Source of the DNA: Macrostomum hystrix
Taxonomy: Eukaryota > Animalia > Platyhelminthes
DNA: 64,000 bases
Direction of reading: 5' to 3'
Assembly: GCA_950097015.1 (NCBI GenBank)
Contig: CATNEN010000007.1
Span: 2,604,001-2,668,000 of the forward strand
Shown here: positions 1 through 12,500 of the stretch, one piece after another
Numbering within the stretch: the stretch's first letter is position 1
Layout: every line of letters starts with the position of its first letter
Program-made: the position numbers and the translations under genes
The notes under the pieces: model-generated
What the model was told of the DNA's origin: nothing
Seen by the model: only the letters and a program-made list of their open reading frames with translations
The model's database searches: none

Positions 1-722
1 ATCTTTCTTACCTCTCTCACCAATCTTTCTTACCTCTCTCACCAATATTTCTCACCTCTCTCTCCAATCTTTCTTACCTCTCTCACCAATCTTTCTTACC
101 TCTCTCACCAATCTTTCTCACCTCTCTCTCCAATCTTTCTCACCTCTCTCCCCAATCTTTCTTACCTCTCTCACCAATCTTTCTTACCTCTCTCACCAAT
201 CTTTCTCACCTCTCTCTCCAATCTTTCTCACCTCTCTCCCCAATCTTTCTTACCTCTCTCTCCAATCTTTCTCACCTCTCTCCCCAATCTTTCTCACCTC
301 TCTCCCCAATCTTTCTCACCTATCTCGCCAATCTTTCTCACCTCTCTCCCCAATTTTTCTCACCTATCTCGCCATCTTTCTCACCTCTCTCCAATCTTTC
401 TCACCTCTCTCTCCAATCTTTTTCACCTCTCTCCAATCTTTCTTACCTCTCTCTCCAATCTTTCTCACCTCTCTCCAATCTTTCTCACCTCTCTCTCCAA
501 TCTTTTTCACCTCTCTCCAATCTTTCTTACCTCTCTCTCCAATCTTTCTCACCTCTCTCCAATCTTTCTCACCTCTCTCTCCAATCTTTTTCACCTATCT
601 CTCCAATCTTTCTTACCTCTCTCTCCAATCTTTCTCACCTCTCTCCCCAATCTTTCTCACCTATCTCGCCAATCTTTCTCACCTCTCTCCCCAATTTTTC
701 TCACCTATCTCGCCATCTTTCC
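1..722. repeat. CT-rich minisatellite, ~20-22 bp unit (ccaatctttctcacctctct), in an intron of the minus-strand membrane-protein gene
   Basis: Directly visible tandem degenerate copies; explains the spurious ORF 364..594. Confidence 0.9.
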
Positions 723-768
723 CACCTCTCTCAAAAGCCCATCAGTGCAAACGGTGAGTGGGACTCAC

Positions 769-3700
769 CCGTAGTTGTCAGACCGCTGTTTCCAGCAGAT
801 TCTGGGTCTCCGCCCAGGCGCAGCAGCAGGCAGTTGCCAACTAGCAGGAGCAGTGCAGCCAGGCCGATCAGCGAGCTCTGAAATGCGAGTACCTCACCCT
901 GATATTTACTGTTCGCTTCTTCACTGCCATTTTGCGAACATTTTTACCACTTGTTGGGCCTTTTACACTCTAAAAACTGTCTCCCGATGTACTCATAATG
1001 AACGCTTGTTTGCATGCCTTCTGTGCCCACCATGTTAAACATTATTTCCAATCACAATACCCACAAGTACAACTACTATCACATTTCTCACCATTGTTCC
1101 CTCTCCTCGTGAATGTCCCATTCTCCCCTGACTCTACCATTATCCCATTCTCCCGTACTGACTCTCCCATTCTCCCCTGACTCTCCCATTATCCCGTTCT
1201 CCCGTACTGACTCTCCCATTCTCCCCTGACTCTCCCATTATCCCATTCTCCCGTACTGACTCTCCCATTCTCCCCTAACTCTCCCATTCCCCCCTGATTC
1301 TCCCATTCTCCCCTGACTCTACCATTATCCCATTCTCCCGTACTGACTCTCCCATTCTCCCCTAACTCTCCCATTCCCCCCTGATTCTCCCATTCTCCCC
1401 TGACTCTACCATTATCCGATTCTCGCGTACTGACTCTCCCATTCTCCCCTGACTCTACCATTATCTCCTGACTCTCCCATTCTCCCCTGACTCTCCCATT
1501 ATCCCCTGACTCTCCCATTCTCCCCTGACTCTCCCATTATCCCCTGACTCTCCCATTCTCCCCTGTCTCTCCCATTCTCCCCTGACTCTACCATTATCCG
1601 ATTCTCGCGTACTGACTCTCCCATTCTCCCCTGACTCTCCCATTCTCCCCTGACTCTACCATTATCCTATTCTCGCGTACTGACTCTCCCATTCTCCCCT
1701 GACTCTACCATTATCTCCTGACTCTCCCATTCTCCCCTGACTCTCCCATTCTCCCTGACTCTCCCATTCTCCCCTGACTCTCCCATTCTCCCCCAGTCTC
1801 ACCCTGACTCTCTCATTCTCCTTTAATGACTCTCCCAGTCTCCCCCAGTCTCACCCTGACTCTCCCATTCTCCCCTAACTCTCCCATTATCCCCTAACTC
1901 TCCCATTCTCCCCTAACTCTCCCATTCTCCCCTGACTCTCCCATTCTCGCCCCTGACTCCCCCTGAATCCCCCATTGTCCCGTAACTATTCCCATTTCCC
2001 ATTTCCCGTACTGACTCTCCCATTCTCCCCTGACTCTCCCAGTCTCCCCCAGTCTCACCCTGACTCTCCCATTCTCCCTTAATGACTCTCCCATTCTCCC
2101 CTAACTCTCCCATTCTCCCCTAACTCTCCCATTCTCCCCTGACTCTCCCATTTCCCGTACTGACTCTCCCATTCTCCCCTGACTCTCCCAGTCTCCCCCA
2201 GTCTCACCCTGACTCTCTCATTCTCCTTTAATGACTCTCCCAGTCTCCCCCAGTCTCACCCTGACTCTCCCATTCTCCCCTAACTCTCCCATTATCCCCT
2301 AACTCTCCCATTCTCCCCTAACTCTCCCATTCTCCCCTGACTCTCCCATTCTCCCTGACTCTCCCATTCTCCCCTGACTCTCCCATTCTCCCCTGACTCT
2401 CCCATTTCCCGTACTGACTCTCCCATTCTCCCCTGACTCTCCCAGTCTCCCCCAGTCTCACCCTGACTCTCCCATTCTCCCTTAATGACTCTCCCATTCT
2501 CCCCTAACTCTCCCATTCTCCCCTAACTCTCCCATTCTCCCCTGACTCTCCCATTCTCCCCTGACTCTCCCATTCTCCCCTGACTCTCCCATTCTCCCCT
2601 GACTCTCCCATTCTCCCTGACTCTCCCATTCTCCCCTGACTCTCCCATTCTCCCCTGACTCTCCCATTTCCCGTACTGACTCTCCCATTCTCCCCTGACT
2701 CTCCCAGTCTCCCCCAGTCTCACCCTGACTCTCTCATTCTCCTTTAATGACTCTCCCAGTCTCCCCCAGTCTCACCCTGACTCTCCCATTCTCCCCTAAC
2801 TCTCCCATTATCCCCTAACTCTCCCATTCTCCCCTAACTCTCCCATTCTCCCCTGACTCTCCCATTCTCGCCCCTGACTCCCCCTGAATCCCCCATTGTC
2901 CCGTAACTACTCTCCAATTGTTCCAATGAATTTTTTTACAATCTGACAAAATCAGCTTTTCCTCGTTTCCTGGTTTCTAACGCTGAAGGGCAGCCAAGAA
3001 AAAAAAATATAACCCAACCTTCCTCACGGAATTGTGGCCTGATAAATCTTGGAGTCAGATCATGCTCAGGCTCATTGTAAAATACCAAGAAATATGAAGG
3101 CCAGTAACTAGCATAGTAGAGATCTTAAAATGTGGTAAATCATGCCGAGAAGCTGTCTTTTAATTGGATTCACTCGCCTCACTGCTCTGCTTTTACACCT
3201 CCCACCCCTCTTATGTCCCATAGTCTACCCCTCCTCTGCCCCGTAGTCTACCCCTCCTCTGCCCCATAGTCTACCCCTCCTCTGCCCCATAGTCTACCCC
3301 TCCTCTACCCCATGGTCTACCCCTCCTCTGCCCCATAGTCTACCCCTCCTCTGCCCCGTAGTCTACCCCTCCTCTGCCCCGTAGTCTACCCCTCCTCTGC
3401 CCCGTAGTCTACCCCTCCTCTGCCCCGTAGTCTACCCCTCCTCTGCCCCGTAGTCTACCCCTCCTCTGCCCCGTAGTCTACCCCTCCTCTGCCCCGTAGT
3501 CTACCCCTCCTCTGCCCCAAGATCTACCCCTCCTCTGCCCCATAGTCTACCCCTCCTCTGCCCCATTGTGTGAGACACGCACAGATTTAGCAATGCCTTA
3601 GCAATTCCTTAGATAATCCCACATTAGTCCTAAACACAAATCAAAGAGCTAAATTTAGCGTGTTTTCCGATCGCCCAACCAAAGCACAAACTGGCTTCGC

Positions 3701-4940
3701 ATTCTGTCGCTGACACCTTTGTGCGTTTGTGGTGTCACATTGCAGGAAATCATTTGCGGCACTGGACAGTGCATTTAACATCACACCTATTGAATTAGGC
3801 CCTATAATAAAAGAATAAAAGACGAAAAAATAGAAAGTCTTCTTTGACCAGCCAAGCGAACCCATCAGTGTAAGCGGCCCGAAATAGGAAAGGTGTGAAT
3901 TGCTGAAGGGATATCAATTTACATTTTTATTCTCGTTAGGTTAATCTCGCAAGAACTGGAGATGCCAAATGCTTATTACAATCTTAGAAGCTTAAGAATT
4001 CATTAAAGTTTAATGAATGCCGAAAGCAACATCTCATTCATCAGCTGTCAGCGTGACAAGTCTGCCCACAGCTGAGATTAAAAACCTTGGGGACAAAAAA
4101 TAATGCAGAAAAGAACTCAAAACTGGCGATTGGGAACAGCAGCTGGCGAGGATTTGAAAGGATGTCCCAGCAGCGGCGGTTGCAGTGTCAGATTTCACTT
4201 TCTGGTGATAATTCAGTTCCTCTCTCCAACAACTGGGGATTTCAGGGGCGGTGGGAACTGGCTTCGGTGTGAGCTGTGTGAGCTACAAATAAAAGGACCA
4301 TGCACTGTTCACACAAACAAGAATACTTATGAAAACTAGCTTTTTTGCTTGAGATTAAAGAATGATGCTTTGTCACTGATCCAACACACCGGCCCTAATA
4401 AGCATTGTGCAGCATAATATTGCACATCTGTCCCCTTCCCTACATCTCTCCCTGACACTTTCCCTACATCTCTCCCTGACACTTTCCCTACATCTCTCCC
4501 TAACACTTTCTCTACATCTCTACCTGAAACTTTCCCTACATCTCTCTATGTCACTTTCCCTACATTTCTCCCTGACACTTTCCCTACATCTCTCCCTGAC
4601 ACTTTCCCTACATCTCTCCCTAACACTTTCTCTACATCTCTCCCTGAAACTTTCCCTACATCTCTCTATGTCACTTTCCCTACATCTCTCCCTGACACTT
4701 TCCCTACATCTCTCCCTGACACTTTCCCTACATCTCTCCCTGAAACTTTCCCTACATCTCTCCCTGAAACTTTCCCTACATCTCTCCCTGACACTTTCCC
4801 TACATCTTCCCCTGCCACTTTCCCTGCTACCTTCCCCATATCTCTCACTGCCCAAAAATTACCTTCGACAAGTGGCGAGGTCTGCAGAGATTGCGGCAGC
4901 GGCGTAAGATTCTTGACAGCGAGTTGCAACTCGGCAGCAT
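769..4940 (-). CDS. 5' part of an unidentified type II (signal-anchor) membrane protein; exons 4940..4863 and 877..769, continues beyond position 1
   Basis: ATG at 4940 gives MLPSCNSLSRILRRCRNLCRPRHLSK, then donor AAG|gtaatt (phase 0). Acceptor catttcag| at 878 gives SSLIGLAALLLLVGNCLLLRLGGDPESAGNSGLTTTG, then donor G|gtgagt. A basic tail followed by one hydrophobic helix resembles Golgi glycosyl/sulfotransferase N-termini, but no family motif is inside the window. Confidence 0.55.
1110..2910. repeat. CT-rich minisatellite, ~19 bp unit (ctctcccattctcccctga), with internal block duplications
   Basis: Tandem copies visible; a ~190 bp block near 1790-1985 recurs near 2710-2905. Explains ORFs 1189..2723. 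Confidence 0.9.
3215..3565. repeat. 23 bp minisatellite (gtagtctacccctcctctgcccc)
   Basis: Period 23 measured between 3361 and 3384; about 15 copies. Confidence 0.9.
4430..4835. repeat. 24 bp minisatellite (ctttccctacatctctccctgaca)
   Basis: Tandem copies; translate as (LSLHLSLT)n in spurious ORF 4407..4907. Confidence 0.9.
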
Positions 4941-5059
4941 TTTTGCTGTAAAATTATGTCGTATTTGGCTGTCCCAGCTTCAGAGCGACACGATTGATTC
5001 TCGAGATTGTCCACAACTCCCCGCTCGACATTCTTATACACTTTGCATACCAGTTCCCT

Positions 5060-5210
5060 GCACTTTTCTATTGGCTACTGATAAAACGTCGCCAGTCAAT
5101 CGCCATTGCTGTTCTCTAGGCTGCTGATGAGCCAAAGAGGAGACTCAAACGGCGAGAACCAATAGGAAACGCCGAAGTCAATTCTGATTGGCTGCACATT
5201 GGAGACTGTG
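5060..5210 (-). promoter_or_regulatory. Possible CCAAT-box promoter of the minus-strand membrane-protein gene
   Basis: Clustered attgg/ccaat motifs (about 5070, 5160, 5188) 130-250 bp upstream of the ATG; possible 5'UTR intron 5050..4946 (gtatgc ... ttttacag). Confidence 0.3.
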
Positions 5211-6409
5211 TGTAATCTTTGAGAATGCTGTTTAAAAGTCGAGCAGCAACTCAACCATTTAACAATATCCTGTCAAATAAAAGCCGACTTCCTATTAAAA
5301 ACCGTTGTTAATTCGTTGCTTTATCCAAGTGGCGATTGTGCGCGAAAATCTCTCAGAAAAGAAACATTTTCTACGCATTTTGAATCCCAGTTCAATAGTC
5401 AGGAGTTTGAGTTGTTTGAGTAGCATGGAGACACTTCAAAAACCAGCTGCAGAAAATATCCACAGAATGAATTCTTGAAGATGAAGTGTGTAGCCCTCGA
5501 ATAATCGAATCTTTAAACTTCAGGTTTATAAAACTGTTAAACTTCGGTAGCCCTGCCGATTTGATGGATTTAACGACAAAATGTTTATAGATTACAATAA
5601 AAATCTAATATTCGAATCGTATGCATCATGGTATTAAACTGATTTAAAAACGTACTACGAGCTACTTTGGAAATAAAAAACATTTTCATACGTCAAGCTC
5701 AAGGACACTTTTTTGGTTGAGAATCTTAGATTCGAACTTCTGACTTATTTGCCCGCGAAGGTCAAACAACCGAGCAACAAGCTGACAAATAAATCCGAAT
5801 AAAATAGATTTATGCAATTAGCAGAATTTTTAATGAAAAGTATTAATCAGAATTATCATATTGAAATACACCACAGTAAGCAACGTTATCTATTTATAAT
5901 AGTCTATTTCATACGAGCGTACATTGTATTTTTATTACAGTTGGTTTAAGGAGACAAAAATCTGGATTCCAGTTATTTGCTTTGCGACCTAAAAATAAAT
6001 TGCGTCGCGTTTTAACCAAGTAAGCAAGAAAGCGAGACACGCTACTCAATTTGAGTTATCATTTGATTAATAGGCTACCAAGCGAAGCATACCATTCTTC
6101 TAATAGAAGCGGTAGCTGCTTATTTGACACGGACACAATCGGCAATAAGCAGGTAGAGATTAGGCATCGATGCAAAATATAAAAAACGTAACTATTTTAG
6201 AGCCAGCACTGAAGTATCATTTTATTCATTCAATTTTATAAATCTCTGCATCACTAAAACTTAACACAACAAACACAATAGATTTACGCTAATTGGCTTA
6301 TATACAAATAGCATTATCTTTCTCGAAGCCGATTGGCTAAAAAACAAGTCCAACTCCAACGCCCTTGACGCTGATTTGCTAACTCACAAAACTAGCCACT
6401 TCCAAGACG

Positions 6410-6840
6410 CTCATTGGCTGCCTTATTGGAACAGTTTATCAAAACTCCCTTGATCCTTATTGGCTGCCTTTTAGAACAGTCTATCAAACCTCCCTCGACC
6501 CTGATTGGCTGCCTTATTAGAACAGTCCATCAAGTCTCCCTCGATCCTTATTGGCTGACTTATTAGAACAGTCCATCAAACCTCCCTCGATCCTGATTGG
6601 CTGCCTTATTAGAACAGTTTATCAAACCTCCCTCGATCCTGATTGGCTGCCTTATTAGAACAGTCCATCAAACCTCCCTCGATCCTGATTGGCTGCCTTA
6701 TTAGAACAGTCTATCAAACCTCCCTCGATCCTGATTGGCTGCCTTATTAGAACAGTCCATCAAGCCTCCCTCGATCCTTATTGGCTGACTTATTAGAACA
6801 GTCCATCAAACCTCCCTCGACCCTCATTGGCTGCCTTATA
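6410..6840. repeat. 46 bp minisatellite, each unit carrying ATTGG (CCAAT box)
   Basis: Period 46 measured 6601 to 6647; unit ctgccttattagaacagtccatcaaacctccctcgatcctgattgg. Confidence 0.85.
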
Positions 6841-6900
6841 CAACAGCCAAACAAGGCTTGCGTAACCCCAGAAACATGTTTCGTTACACAGAATATTGTC

Positions 6901-7566
6901 TCAACTGGCGGCAACAGCCTTTTGATGTTTTCCGCCACCATCCGACCGCGCATTCTGTACCCCACTGCCTGAAGCCTCGGCGTCAGCCTCGGAAGCGTCA
7001 ACCTCCGGCAGACGGTCTGCCGGCACGCTGGGCAGCTTGGCGGCCGCTTCGCCAGAATCTGCTAGAAGAGCGTCCAGCTCCGCCTCGCAGGCGGTCTCAT
7101 CCTCGTCAGTCAGCTGACCGCCAGACAGCAGGGCGTCAATCTGGCGCTGATATTCCACTGCCTCCTGGGTCTCGTCCAGCACGGCCTCAACCCGTTCCAG
7201 ACTGAGGAAGGCGTTCAGCTCCTTTAAGGCTTTGTTGCCAGCTTCGAGGCCGGCTACAACCTGGCTCTGCACCTGGGCAAACTCGATGTCCTGCACCAGC
7301 TGGTCCAGATTGTCCAACTGCTGGTCGGTCTTCTCTAGCAGAGTCTCCTGGCGTTTCTTCTTGCGCAGCAGAAGCAGAGCCTTGTCTTTGCGCCCGGCGG
7401 CAATAAGCTTCTTGGCCGTCTCCTTGTCCTTGTTCATCTGGGCATCGACGCGACGCTGATATTTTTTTAGTTCGTCTCGCTGATGCTTCAACTGCAGCAC
7501 TGCTCTGTCCTGCTCCGTCACGGAGCTCGCCTTTGGTGGCTGCCGCTTCTTGCTGAATAGGCTGCC
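6901..7566 (-). CDS. CHMP6: Charged multivesicular body protein 6 (VPS20, ESCRT-III, Snf7 family); coding exon begins at Gly2
   Basis: GSLFSKK..VTEQDRAVLQLKHQRDELKKYQRR..ALLLLRKKKRQETLLEKTDQQLDNLDQLVQDIEFAQVQ..GLEAGNKALKEL matches CHMP6/Vps20. Acceptor ttcactgttcccag| directly precedes GGC AGC; stop TGA at 6903..6901. The source of the initiator Met is unresolved (see findings). Confidence 0.93.
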   Translation of the reverse strand, partial: GSLFSKKRQPPKASSVTEQDRAVLQLKHQRDELKKYQRRVDAQMNKDKETAKKLIAAGRKDKALLLLRKKKRQETLLEKTDQQLDNLDQLVQDIEFAQVQSQVVAGLEAGNKALKELNAFLSLERVEAVLDETQEAVEYQRQIDALLSGGQLTDEDETACEAELDALLADSGEAAAKLPSVPADRLPEVDASEADAEASGSGVQNARSDGGGKHQKAVAAS

Positions 7567-9529
7567 CTGGGAACAGTGAAATAGCATTTAACTTAGTGAC
7601 TTACTGCACCGCGAGATTTTGAAACCTGACACAGCCAGTGCACAGCTGGGTGAACTAAATCACTAGATAATTAAGCATCAGCCACTAAGATACAAACAGC
7701 TAGGATTCGAACTCACGACCTATCAGTCAGAGTAGAATAGTATTTCGGTTCCTAAGATCACAAGTCTGACTAATTAAAACTTTCTAAGTTAAAAGTGCAA
7801 ATAAAAAATAAAAAAATTTGCCGCATATAAAAGTTTTCATTCTTAAACGTATTATATTATAACACACGTCTTCTAAAGTTTGTGTTAGTATAAATAATAT
7901 ATGAATATTAATGACTTTTATTCCGCCTGGGAAACGCAATGTGTCCCTAATTTATCTGGTTTAAGAAAAAAAGAATACATAGAAAAGAAGACAAGTTAAA
8001 TTACAACTGCTGGGAGAGAAAAGCTTTGATTTAGAATGGGATTTGGTTCACAGGATCAGAATGCTTTGGGATTTGCGGGTCATGGCTGCCTCGAAGCAAG
8101 GGGAGAAGCGAGAAATATTTCGGAGACTGTTCAGATACAAATTTTGTTTTTAACGAAATAACACCGACAGCCTGCCAGACGAAACTGTGCATACATAGGT
8201 GATAGTGCATTGGGGAAATAAGAGGAATTGGCCAGAGCTGATGAAGCAATTTCAAGACAGCGGCGTGAATTCCAAGTTTGAGTTGATGGCGAAGTTGGTA
8301 TACGAGCAAGCAAGAAAGCAAGACACGCTACTTGATCATATTTCCCAGGTTTCCAAAAACAAAGCCAGAAAAATTCCTCGGGTAAAGCACACGCACTGCT
8401 ATGTGTTACAAACGCTAGAGTTATATAATATTGGTTGGGGATAGAATCGAAAATAACAAAGACTGTGTTACGGCGGCTTGAGTTACAGGTTCAGACGTGG
8501 CGGGCGGGAGCGGCCGCCCAGATTCGAGGACTGTCCGGTGCTGCAGCTAAATGCACATTAGTTAGTTAGCGCAACGAGGGCCAAAAAGCGTACACATAGT
8601 TTAATTAGTGCATCAGGATTTAAGAGACACACGGACAAGAGACGTAGAAAAAAATATGAAAAACTGTTGATTGTATTAATAATAATTTGAAAATAAGCAT
8701 GCGCTACACTCTGCTCTCTACTAGTTACTAGCTCTCTAGATATCGCATCACGTGCATATAGCCACACACGCACAAGTAGTAAGATGCGAGTTTTCTTTTA
8801 ATTCTTGCTGTACTGGATTAACTTTTTGATTAAAAAGAAAAATAAATAAATGAATAAATAGAGGCTGGCAAAGATTGAGAGAAAATTAAAAAAAAAGTGA
8901 AATTAACCAAAACAAAAACAAAGAACTTGGGGCATGGGGCAGATATCGGCACAAGCATTTAACCGGGACAGATTAATAGAAAAGTTTATAATAGAGTGTC
9001 AGATAAACAAAATATAGCAAGAAAATATTGAAGATATGTGAGCAGTCGGCTAGCAACAGAAACCAAATGAATCATAATAGGGGAAAAGGTTATGTTAGGG
9101 AATCTCACGGAAGACTATCCCACAGAGCTCACAGGTGCATTAATAATAAGTAAGATCAACGGCGTATTAATAAATTAGGTATTCTAAAGACTTTACCAGC
9201 TAGATTTTGGGACAAAACATTCTTAGAAAACGATGACTGAGCCTTCAAGGCTGGGAGCGGGTGCAAAAAACTGAGAGGCGAACAAGCAGCTCACGGTACC
9301 TACATGTATAAATATATGCAAATTTTATAGGCGTTAAAAAACAAACAACAAAACGCTAGCAGTTTTTACGTAGCGCAATTTAACGATACAAAAACTTGAC
9401 TAAAAAGTGAATATAGTTGATCATTTCGTCATAGCGGAGATGCAAAACCAACTTGGCCTTATTTTTTTCTTTCCGAATTTCTGTCTAATATGCTTCAGCC
9501 AGCCAAGACAGTCGTTGAACTCCGAACTA

Positions 9530-12500
9530 TTATTGCTCTCCGTTGTGACCTCGCCGACCTCGACCGCCGCGCTGGGGATCTGAATGACGTAACGAAGAGA
9601 TTCTCAGGATTTCCTCACACTGAGCCCATAATTTCCACATAGATAGCACAGGACTCACCCATACTGAGTCAGGATTCATCCATACTGAGTCAGGACTCAC
9701 CCATACTGAGTCAGGACTCATCCATACTGAGTCAGGATTCATCCATACTGAGTCAGGATTCACCCATACTGAGTCAGGACTCATCCATACTGAGTCAGGA
9801 CTCACCCATACTGAGTCAGGACTCATCCATACTGAGTCAGGATTCACCCATACTGAGTCAGGACTCACCCATACTGAGTCAGGACTCATCCATACTGAGT
9901 CAGGATTCATCCATACTGAGTCAGGACTCACCCATACTGAGTCAGGACTCACCCATACTGAGTCAGGACTCATCCATACTGAGTCAGGACTCACCCATAC
10001 TGAGTCAGGACTCATCCATACTGAGTCAGGACTCACCCATACTGAGTCAGGACTCATCCATACTGAGTCAGGATTCATCCATACTGAGTCAGGACTCATC
10101 CATACTGAGTCAGGACTCATCCATACTGAGTCAGGATTCATCCATACTGAGTCAGGACTCACCCATACTGAGTCAGGACTCACCCATACTGAGTCAGGAC
10201 TCACCCATACTGAGTCAGGATTCATCCATACTGAGTCAGGATTCACCCATACTGAGTCAGGATTCACCCATACTGAGTCAGGATTCATCCATACTGAGTC
10301 AGGACTCACCCATACTGAGTCAGGACTCACCCATACTGAGTCAGGACTCACCCATACTGAGTCAGGATTCATCCATACTGAGTCAGGACTCACCCATACT
10401 GAGTCAGGATTCATCCATACTGAGTCAGGACTCATCCATACTGAGTCAGGACTCATCCATACTGAGTCAGGACTCATCCATACTGAGTCAGGATTCACCC
10501 ATACTGAGTCAGGATTCATCCATACTGAGTCAGGATTCACCCATACTGAGTCAGGACTCATCCATACTGAGTCAGGATTCATCCATACTGAGTCAGGATT
10601 CATCCATACTGAGTCAGGATTCATCCATACTGAGTCAGGATTCATCCATACTGAGTCAGGATTCATCCATACTGAGTCAGGATTCATCCATACTGAGTCA
10701 GGACTCACCCATACTGAGTCAGGACTCACCCATACTGAGTCAGGATTCATCCATACTGAGTCAGGACTCACCCATACTGAGTCAGGACTCACCCATACTG
10801 AGTCAGGACTCACCCATACTGAGTCAGGATTCATCCATACTGAGTCAGGACTCACCCATACTGAGTCAGGATTCATCCATACTGAGTCAGGATTCATCCA
10901 TACTGAGTCAGGATTCATCCATACTGAGTCAGGACTCACCCATACTGAGTCAGGACTCACCCATACTGAGTCAGGACTCACCCATACTGAGTCAGGACTC
11001 ACCCATACTGAGTCAGGACTCACCCATACTGAGTCAGGATTCATCCATACTGAGTCAGGATTCATCCATACTGAGTCAGGATTCATCCATACTGAGTCAG
11101 GACTCATCCATACTGAGTCAGGACTCATCCATACTGAGTCAGGATTCACCCATACTGAGTCAGGACTCATCCATACTGAGTCAGGACTCATCCATACTGA
11201 GTCAGGACTCATCCATACTGAGTCAGGACTCATCCATACTGAGTCAGGACTCATCCATACTGAGTCAGGATTCATCCATACTGAGTCAGGATTCATCCAT
11301 ACTGAGTCAGGATTCATCCATACTGAGTCAGGATTCACCCATACTGAGTCAGGATTCATCCATACTGAGTCAGGATTCACCCATACTGAGTCAGGACTCA
11401 TCCATACTGAGTCAGGATTCACCCATACTGAGTCAGGATTCATCCATACTGAGTCAGGATTCATCCATACTGAGTCAGGATTCATCCATACTGAGTCAGG
11501 ATTCATCCATACTGAGTCAGGATTCATCCATACTGAGTCAGGATTCACCCATACTGAGTCAGGATTCACCCATACTGAGTCAGGATTCATCCATACTGAG
11601 TCAGGATTCATCCATACTGAGTCAGGATTCATCCATACTGAGTCAGGATTCACCCATACTGAGTCAGGATTCACCCATACTGAGTCAGGATTCATCCATA
11701 CTGAGTCAGGATTCACCCATACTGAGTCAGGATTCACCCATACTGAGTCAGGACTCATCCATACTGAGTCAGGATTCATCCATACTGAGTCAGGATTCAT
11801 CCATACTGAGTCAGGATTCATCCATACTGAGTCAGGTTTCATCCATACTGAGTCAGGACTCACCCATACTGAGTCAGGACTCACCCATACTGAGTCAGGA
11901 TTCATCCATACTGAGTCAGGACTCATCCATACTGAGTCAGGATTCATCCATACTGAGTCAGGATTCATCCATACTGAGTCAGGATTCACCCATACTGAGT
12001 CAGGATTCACCCATACTGAGTCAGGATTCATCCATACTGAGTCAGGATTCATCCATACTGAGTCAGGACTCACCCATACTGAGTCAGGATTCACCCATAC
12101 TGAGTCAGGATTCACCCATACTGAGTCAGGATTCACCCATACTGAGTCAGGATTCACCCATACTGAGTCAGGATTCATCCATACTGAGTCAGGATTCATC
12201 CATACTGGGTCAGGATTCACCCATACTGAGTCAGGATTCACCCATACTGAGTCAGGATTCACCCATACTGAGTCAGGATTCACCCATACTGAGTCAGGAT
12301 TCACCCATACTGAGTCAGGATTCACCCATACTGAGTCAGGATTCATCCATACTGAGTCAGGATTCACCCATACTGAGTCAGGATTCACCCATACTGAGTC
12401 AGGATTCACCCATACTGAGTCAGGATTCACCATACTGAGTCAGGATTCACCCATACTGAGTCAGGATTCATCCATAATGAGTCAGGATTCATCCATACTG

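Noticed and set aside
7567-7604. Possible 38 nt cis intron (gtaagt at 7604) upstream of CHMP6
   Set aside because: The upstream exon would end in GCA, and its frame hits a stop before any ATG, so it cannot supply the initiator.
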